A stretch of DNA of 64,000 bases from contig CAAFMN010000024.1 in assembly GCA_900764045.1 (NCBI GenBank), forward strand, positions 14,492-78,491, given 5' to 3'. Numbering within the stretch: the first letter of the stretch is position 1; every line of letters starts with the position of its first letter. Made by a program: the position numbers and the translations under genes. The notes below the pieces were generated by a model, which was not told the DNA's origin, did not search any database, and saw only the letters and a program-made list of their open reading frames with translations. Shown here in pieces: positions 60,005-64,000 of this stretch. The DNA comes from Clostridia bacterium (GTDB lineage Bacteria; Bacillota; Clostridia; Lachnospirales; Bianqueaceae).

Positions 60005-60135
60005 TCACTTCAATTCTTTGAAATGATCGGTTTCGTCCACACGCATCCCCACGTTCTCGGCAATCAGCCGGATGCTCCGTGTTCCGACACTTTGTACAAG
60101 GTCATTTGCTTTCTGGTGTAGAAAAATGGAATCCA
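60005..60135 (-). CDS. possible 43-aa small ORF downstream of the XRE regulator
   Basis: Strong RBS ggaaaggaga, then ATG encoding MDSIFLHQKANDLVQSVGTRSIRLIAENVGMRVDETDHFKELK. It is below the length cutoff of the ORF track. Confidence 0.25.
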
Positions 60136-60171
60136 TAGGGTTCTCCTTTCCTGCATCAGCAGAGCGGATTC

Positions 60172-60582
60172 TTAGCCGCGCTTGCCTTTTGCTTTCAGTT
60201 TGTCCTCTTTATATTTGAAGTATGCTTTTTGCATAACGATCATTACCCCGTCTATATCCTCGTCCGTCAATTCCCCGTCTATGAACAATTCAGATAGTTC
60301 CTGCGCCAATAGCTGCGCTTCCTGTCGTCCCTTTTTGCCGTAGGCGGATTCTGCGTTCTCGAAGAAAGACACCTTTTCTGTATAAAGATAATCGACGGGA
60401 ACGTGGAAGGTATCAGCAAGATTCTGGTAGACTGCTCGTTGACGTGGGTAACGTCCTTCTCGCTCATATCCTATTACAGTCCGCTTGTTGACTCCTAACA
60501 GCTCTGCAAGTTCGGCCTGCGTCAGACCGCTTTTTTCCCGCAAGGTGCGTATTTTCTCGCCAAATTTCATAATGCTCTGCAT
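60172..60582 (-). CDS. XRE-family helix-turn-helix transcriptional regulator (mobile-element repressor-like)
   Basis: IRTLREKSGLTQAELAELLGVNKRTVIGYE HTH motif, 136 aa, RBS gaaagga. Confidence 0.8.
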   Translation of the reverse strand: MQSIMKFGEKIRTLREKSGLTQAELAELLGVNKRTVIGYEREGRYPRQRAVYQNLADTFHVPVDYLYTEKVSFFENAESAYGKKGRQEAQLLAQELSELFIDGELTDEDIDGVMIVMQKAYFKYKEDKLKAKGKRG

Positions 60583-60705
60583 ATCCTTTCTGCCGCTGCA
60601 GAATGTTTAAGTATGCGATATGCAGCGGAATCTGTATATTTTCATAAGACGAAATTAAATTGCACTTAAAATCGTCCTTATTCTCACATAAAAGCGGTTT
60701 TATAC

Positions 60706-60734
60706 TTGACAAGTGACGCTAAATTTCATATAAT
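60706..60734 (+). promoter_or_regulatory. perfect consensus sigma-70 promoter divergent from the XRE gene
   Basis: TTGACA, a 17-nt spacer, then TATAAT. Confidence 0.55.
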
Positions 60735-61270
60735 AGTGCCATGTTTTTTCGCTGTGGGTGTATTATACACAAAAGCGGCGAAGTGCGCAAGTGTTACGGC
60801 ATAAAGACACAGAAAATTAACTTCTCTGTCTGTGGCAGAAACACAGAAATACGATGAAATGCGAGGGAGGATGCCGATTGGAAAAAGGGCAGCATGAAGT
60901 CCGCACCCCGCGAAGTGGGGTGTGAGTAGGAAACCGAAGTGTCATTGACGGGCAGAATGTGCTTCATGTCAAGCAGGGGAAAACCGAAGATTTTATTTCC
61001 CTGGTGGAGCTTGTAGAGGCAATCTGTGGTGTCCCCGTGAAGAAGATCGTATTTCACGGCGGCACGGTACTACTGGAATCCGACTAAGGCTTTGAGCCTG
61101 GCACTGGGGCGCAAACGTAAAAATCCAGGATAGCACAGTATGTAGCTGTCCGGCTTTGCGGGAGCGGTTCTGGGCCTACAATAAAATATCTGCTGGCAGA
61201 GCGATACCGATTGCGAGTATAGGCCGGAGCAGAATGGAACGACAAGGCGTAAGTGCGCCCGGACGTGTTT

Positions 61271-61376
61271 CCATTTTGCCCCGGCTTTTTTGTTTGCCGA
61301 TCAGTTATCAAAAATTTTCAAAATTTTTTTGATAACTGTATATCAAACGCCCTCTCCCGAATGTATAGGTGAGAGG
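61271..61376 (+). promoter_or_regulatory. conserved ~100-bp box, copy 1, upstream of the sigma-like gene
   Basis: cattttgcc...ttttcaaaa...tgtatatcaaaCgccctctcccGaatgtAtaggtgaGagg, near-identical to copy 2. Confidence 0.45.
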
Positions 61377-61532
61377 AGGAACAGTTTCGCTGCCATCAGC
61401 GGCAGAAAAATAAATGTAGCAGGAGAAGTCTTGGCTTCCCGTTCAAAAAAAACGGGCAGTGTCAGGGCGATTTTCTGCTGTATATTTTTCGCTCTTCCCT
61501 GCCCGGAGCCGGAAGGCAGAAAGGCAGGACGT

Positions 61533-62189
61533 ATGCTCACATTGAAAGTTTTGAAGGACAAAGTTGCCGCACCTCGCCGTGCCGAGCGTCTCCCGACCCC
61601 AAAAGCCCTGCGGGAACGCGAGGCAGTTTTGGTACATAAAGATGTCGGCTTGGATGGTCTGCTGACAGTGTTTGAGAGCGGATACACGGTATTTCAATCA
61701 GGCAAGCGTCATGGCGTGTTCCATGTCCATGACTGTGGGGATTATGAATACAGTGCAGCGCACGGAAAAGGGGATGTGATCGCCGAAGAATATTTTGATG
61801 GCCGCGAATGGCATCTGCGCGCCTTGCTGCAAGGTGAGACGGTGATACAGGAAAATGTGGAGAGAACGGAGCAGGCGGGAAATGGGAAGAATGTCTCCTA
61901 CAGCGCGATCTCGGAAGAATGGGAGAGGATGGCCGACCTATCTTCGGACACGCTGGAGCGGCTGATCGACAAGGAGACGGTTACGGCGATGCTGCACAAG
62001 CTGACGGATAAGCAGCGGAACCTTGTCCATCATCATGTGATTTTAGGCAAGCCGCAGCGCGAGATAGCGAGGGAGTGGGGCGTGTCTTACGGCACGATCC
62101 ATCGGATGTTTCAGCAGGCAATGAGCCGTATCCTCCGTACTTATGATTTTGAAGCACATTATGGATTAGCAGGAGGGTTAGCAGAATGA
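61533..62189 (+). CDS. sigma-70 region-4 (HTH) domain protein, conjugative-transposon regulatory type
   Basis: C-terminal LTDKQRNLVHHHVILGKPQREIAREWGVSYGTIHRMFQQAMSRI matches a sigma-70 region-4 HTH. Start is chosen at the ATG after RBS aaaggcagga. Confidence 0.55.
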   Translation: MLTLKVLKDKVAAPRRAERLPTPKALREREAVLVHKDVGLDGLLTVFESGYTVFQSGKRHGVFHVHDCGDYEYSAAHGKGDVIAEEYFDGREWHLRALLQGETVIQENVERTEQAGNGKNVSYSAISEEWERMADLSSDTLERLIDKETVTAMLHKLTDKQRNLVHHHVILGKPQREIAREWGVSYGTIHRMFQQAMSRILRTYDFEAHYGLAGGLAE

Positions 62190-62410
62190 TGAGAAACGAG
62201 AAAATGAATCCAAAAGAATTGAAGTTTCCGCAGGGCGCAGGGCATGAAAAGTGCCGTGAAGTATTTGCTGCGCAGGCGGGAAAAGCGCGGGTCTATAAAG
62301 ATAACGGCTTTACCGTTGAGGTTAGCTTTGCAGGGAGTGCAACGCTGGAATCCTGCATCGCAGAGTACCTGAGCCGGAAGTATGGTATTCCTGCACCAGA
62401 CAGCCGATAA
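62186..62410 (+). CDS. small hypothetical protein translationally coupled to the sigma-like gene
   Basis: 74-aa ORF with an ATGA overlap with the upstream gene. Confidence 0.4.
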   Translation: MMRNEKMNPKELKFPQGAGHEKCREVFAAQAGKARVYKDNGFTVEVSFAGSATLESCIAEYLSRKYGIPAPDSR

Positions 62411-62445
62411 AGACACCTATTATAAATAAAGCAGTTTAAGTAAAG

Positions 62446-62486
62446 CCCTCCGATTGGCCTGAACCGCCAGCCGGAGGGCTTTTTTG
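62446..62486 (+). terminator. rho-independent terminator after the small ORF
   Basis: Stem ccctccg...cggaggg followed by cttttttg. Confidence 0.65.
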
Positions 62487-62489
62487 CGC

Positions 62490-62574
62490 GCATTTTGCCG
62501 CTCAAAAAAATTTTTTGAAATTTTTTCAAAAAGTGTATATCAAAAGCCCTCTCCCAAATGTGTAGGTGAAAGGG
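62490..62574 (+). promoter_or_regulatory. conserved box, copy 2, upstream of the RepA_N gene
   Basis: cattttgcc...ttttcaaaa...gtgtatatcaaaAgccctctcccAaatgtGtaggtgaAaggg. Confidence 0.45.
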
Positions 62575-62840
62575 ACAAGCAAATAGCCCCTCTCACAGAA
62601 CCTTGAAAACTGAATAGCCATCCTGAGTAGATACCACGACCTGAGTGTGCATTCTGCGCGCCGTGCTTTGTGGGGAATACGCCGCTGAAATGGGGGTAGG
62701 AACGGGCTTGGGGCAGAATGGCAACCAATAACAACAGATACCATGCGGCGGAGCAGGAAATGCTCGGCTCCGCCGTATTCATTGTGCTGCTATTGCACAA
62801 AGGACGAAACAAAGCTGTTTTGTGCGCGGGAGGTGATGCA

Positions 62841-63323
62841 ATGCACGAAATAGAATACTCGTACTTTAACGGCCTGACGGCAGACCGATATGCCTTTTAT
62901 CGGATACCGAAAGCCCTCGTGAAGCACGAACGGTTCCGCCGTATGTCCGGCGATGCCAAACTGCTGTATGCGTTCCTGTTGGATCGCATGAGTTTATCGC
63001 TCAAAAACGGTTGGCAGGATAAGGACGGCAATGCCTACATCATCTGCACGATGGAGGAAATCATGGCGGCGATCAACTGTGCTAAGCAAAAAGCCGTGAA
63101 GCTGCTGGACGAACTGGAACAGCAGTTTCGGCTCATTGAGCGCAGGAGGCAGGGGTTGGGAAAGCCGAACCTTGTGTATGTGAAAGACCTGTATGCGGGG
63201 CTGACAGAATCAAACTTCAAGAAGTATGAAAATCAAACTTCTGCAAGTTTGAAAATCGAACCTCTGGAAGTATGGAAATCAAACTCTAATAAGACTGATA
63301 GTAATCATAGGAAAAGTATGTAA
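62841..63323 (+). CDS. RepA_N-family replication initiator, N-terminal domain only
   Basis: YFNGLTADRYAFYRIPKALV...AKLLYAFLLDRMSLSLKNGWQDKDGNAYIICTMEEI...LGKPNLVYV matches the Firmicute plasmid/ICE RepA_N pattern. The low-complexity C-terminus abuts the IS200 fragment. Confidence 0.65.
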   Translation: MHEIEYSYFNGLTADRYAFYRIPKALVKHERFRRMSGDAKLLYAFLLDRMSLSLKNGWQDKDGNAYIICTMEEIMAAINCAKQKAVKLLDELEQQFRLIERRRQGLGKPNLVYVKDLYAGLTESNFKKYENQTSASLKIEPLEVWKSNSNKTDSNHRKSM

Positions 63324-63324
63324 A

Positions 63325-63612
63325 ATGGAAGGAGTAACAATATTAAAAGCAGCAACCCTTCCAGAACATGTACATATGTATGTATCGATTCCGCCGAAGT
63401 TAAATGTGTCAAAAACAATAGGTCGAATCAAAGGAAAGAGTGCATTAATGATATTCGATAGACATCCAGAATATAGAGACAGAAATAATCGTCACTTTTG
63501 GGCAAGAGGATACTATTGTGAAACGGTAGGTAACGTTAATGAAGAAACAATAAAACAATATATACAAGAACAATATGAAAGAGATTGCTTAGAAGGGGAC
63601 TCAGAAAAGTAA
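63325..63612 (+). mobile_element. tnpA: IS200/IS605-family TnpA (Y1 HUH transposase) C-terminal fragment
   Basis: HVHMYVSIPPKLNVSKTIGRIKGKSA...FWARGYYCETVGN matches the TnpA C-terminal two-thirds. The N-terminal HUH region is missing. A hairpin gccgcttttaagcggc follows. Confidence 0.8.
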
Positions 63613-63714
63613 AAAAGAGCCGCTTTTAAGCGGCCACCAGTAACTAAAGGAATGGTTTGTTAGACCGGCTTCAGGCGGAAATGCAATGTGCCCTGGAAGG
63701 GCAAACACAAACCA

Positions 63715-63885
63715 CCAGCAGAGCTGGTGGTACTGACTAAGCTCACTTATGGCTATTGAAAATAAGTGATTATGTTCACTTAAAATAAGTGAGCTTTTTA
63801 CGCATCCTCATATCTGGATGATAGAATCATCCAGACGGAAATAAGTGAGTATAATCACTAAAAATCCATATAAGTGAGAATAATC
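63715..63885. repeat. iteron-like array of at least 9 AAGTGA/TCACTT core motifs plus a perfect 10-bp inverted repeat
   Basis: ATAAGTGA occurs at about 63741, 63764, 63818 and 63848. TCACTTAT occurs at about 63722 and 63862, with further half-sites. The inverted repeat tctggatgat/atcatccaga lies at about 63790-63815. Confidence 0.5.
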
Positions 63886-64000
63886 ACTTATCCAGAAAAA
63901 AGTGAACATTTTACTCCGAACGGGGTTTGAAGCGGTCGATTAGTCCATAATCGGCGGCTTCTTTTTTATGCTTAAAAATCGAAAATGTAGCGTCATATCG

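Noticed and set aside
61290-61532. Extended N-terminus (ORF from 61290) of the sigma-region-4 protein
   Set aside because: The upstream 80 codons overlap the conserved non-coding box and hairpins and lack an RBS. The internal ATG at 61533 with an RBS is the more plausible start.

Overview
This window reads as chromosomal DNA from a sporulating Firmicute, class Clostridia. The core runs at roughly 55% GC, and sporulation genes (spoVT, yabP/yabQ, spoIIE, a DivIC-like gene) sit in the usual Firmicute order next to mfd, pth, hup, tilS, ftsH, dusB, greA and lysS.

- **1-31 kb, conserved housekeeping block.** It contains a CDF transporter, a SAM-dependent methyltransferase, a dnaD-like/dnaC-like pair preceded by a cluster of DnaA-box-like 9-mers, murC, and a GlmU homolog whose N-terminal uridyltransferase motifs have decayed. 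These are followed by pth, mfd, a PrsA-like lipoprotein, an orphan gene followed by 74-bp tandem repeats, ugtP, spoVT, hup, yabO/yabP/yabQ, divIC, spoIIE, tilS, ftsH, dusB, greA, lysS and cdaA-cdaR.
- **31-41 kb, unusual architectures.** glmM is absent after cdaR. In its place are a MutS-domain ATPase, a fusion of an AraM-like glycerol-1-phosphate dehydrogenase with a GH43 domain, and a fusion of a Cas4-like PD-(D/E)XK nuclease with a DinG/XPD helicase that is frameshifted here. An MBL-fold hydrolase, a TIGR01212 radical SAM protein and an FAD-dependent oxidoreductase follow.
- **41-59.5 kb, surface-polysaccharide locus.** A NusG paralog of the LoaP/UpxY type leads the locus and is co-transcribed with glmS. 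A consensus promoter and a ~220-nt leader carrying a hairpin and T-tract come next. The gene set is wbaP, an rfbD fragment, rfbC, glf, a DUF4422 gene, an acyltransferase, GT2, GT14-like and GT4 genes, a putative Galf-transferase, wzy, wzx, a second GT4 and a sugar nucleotidyltransferase. The distal part is clearly AT-rich.
- **59.7-64 kb, mobile-element remnants.** These are a truncated transposase N-terminus and an XRE repressor divergent from a perfect consensus promoter, followed by ~550 nt with no intact ORF. Next come a protein with a sigma-70 region-4 domain, a small ORF, and a RepA_N initiator. A ~100-bp box is duplicated in front of the two cargo genes. The stretch ends with an IS200/IS605 TnpA C-terminal fragment and a dense array of AAGTGA/TCACTT iteron-like motifs.

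No tRNA, rRNA or CRISPR array was recognised.
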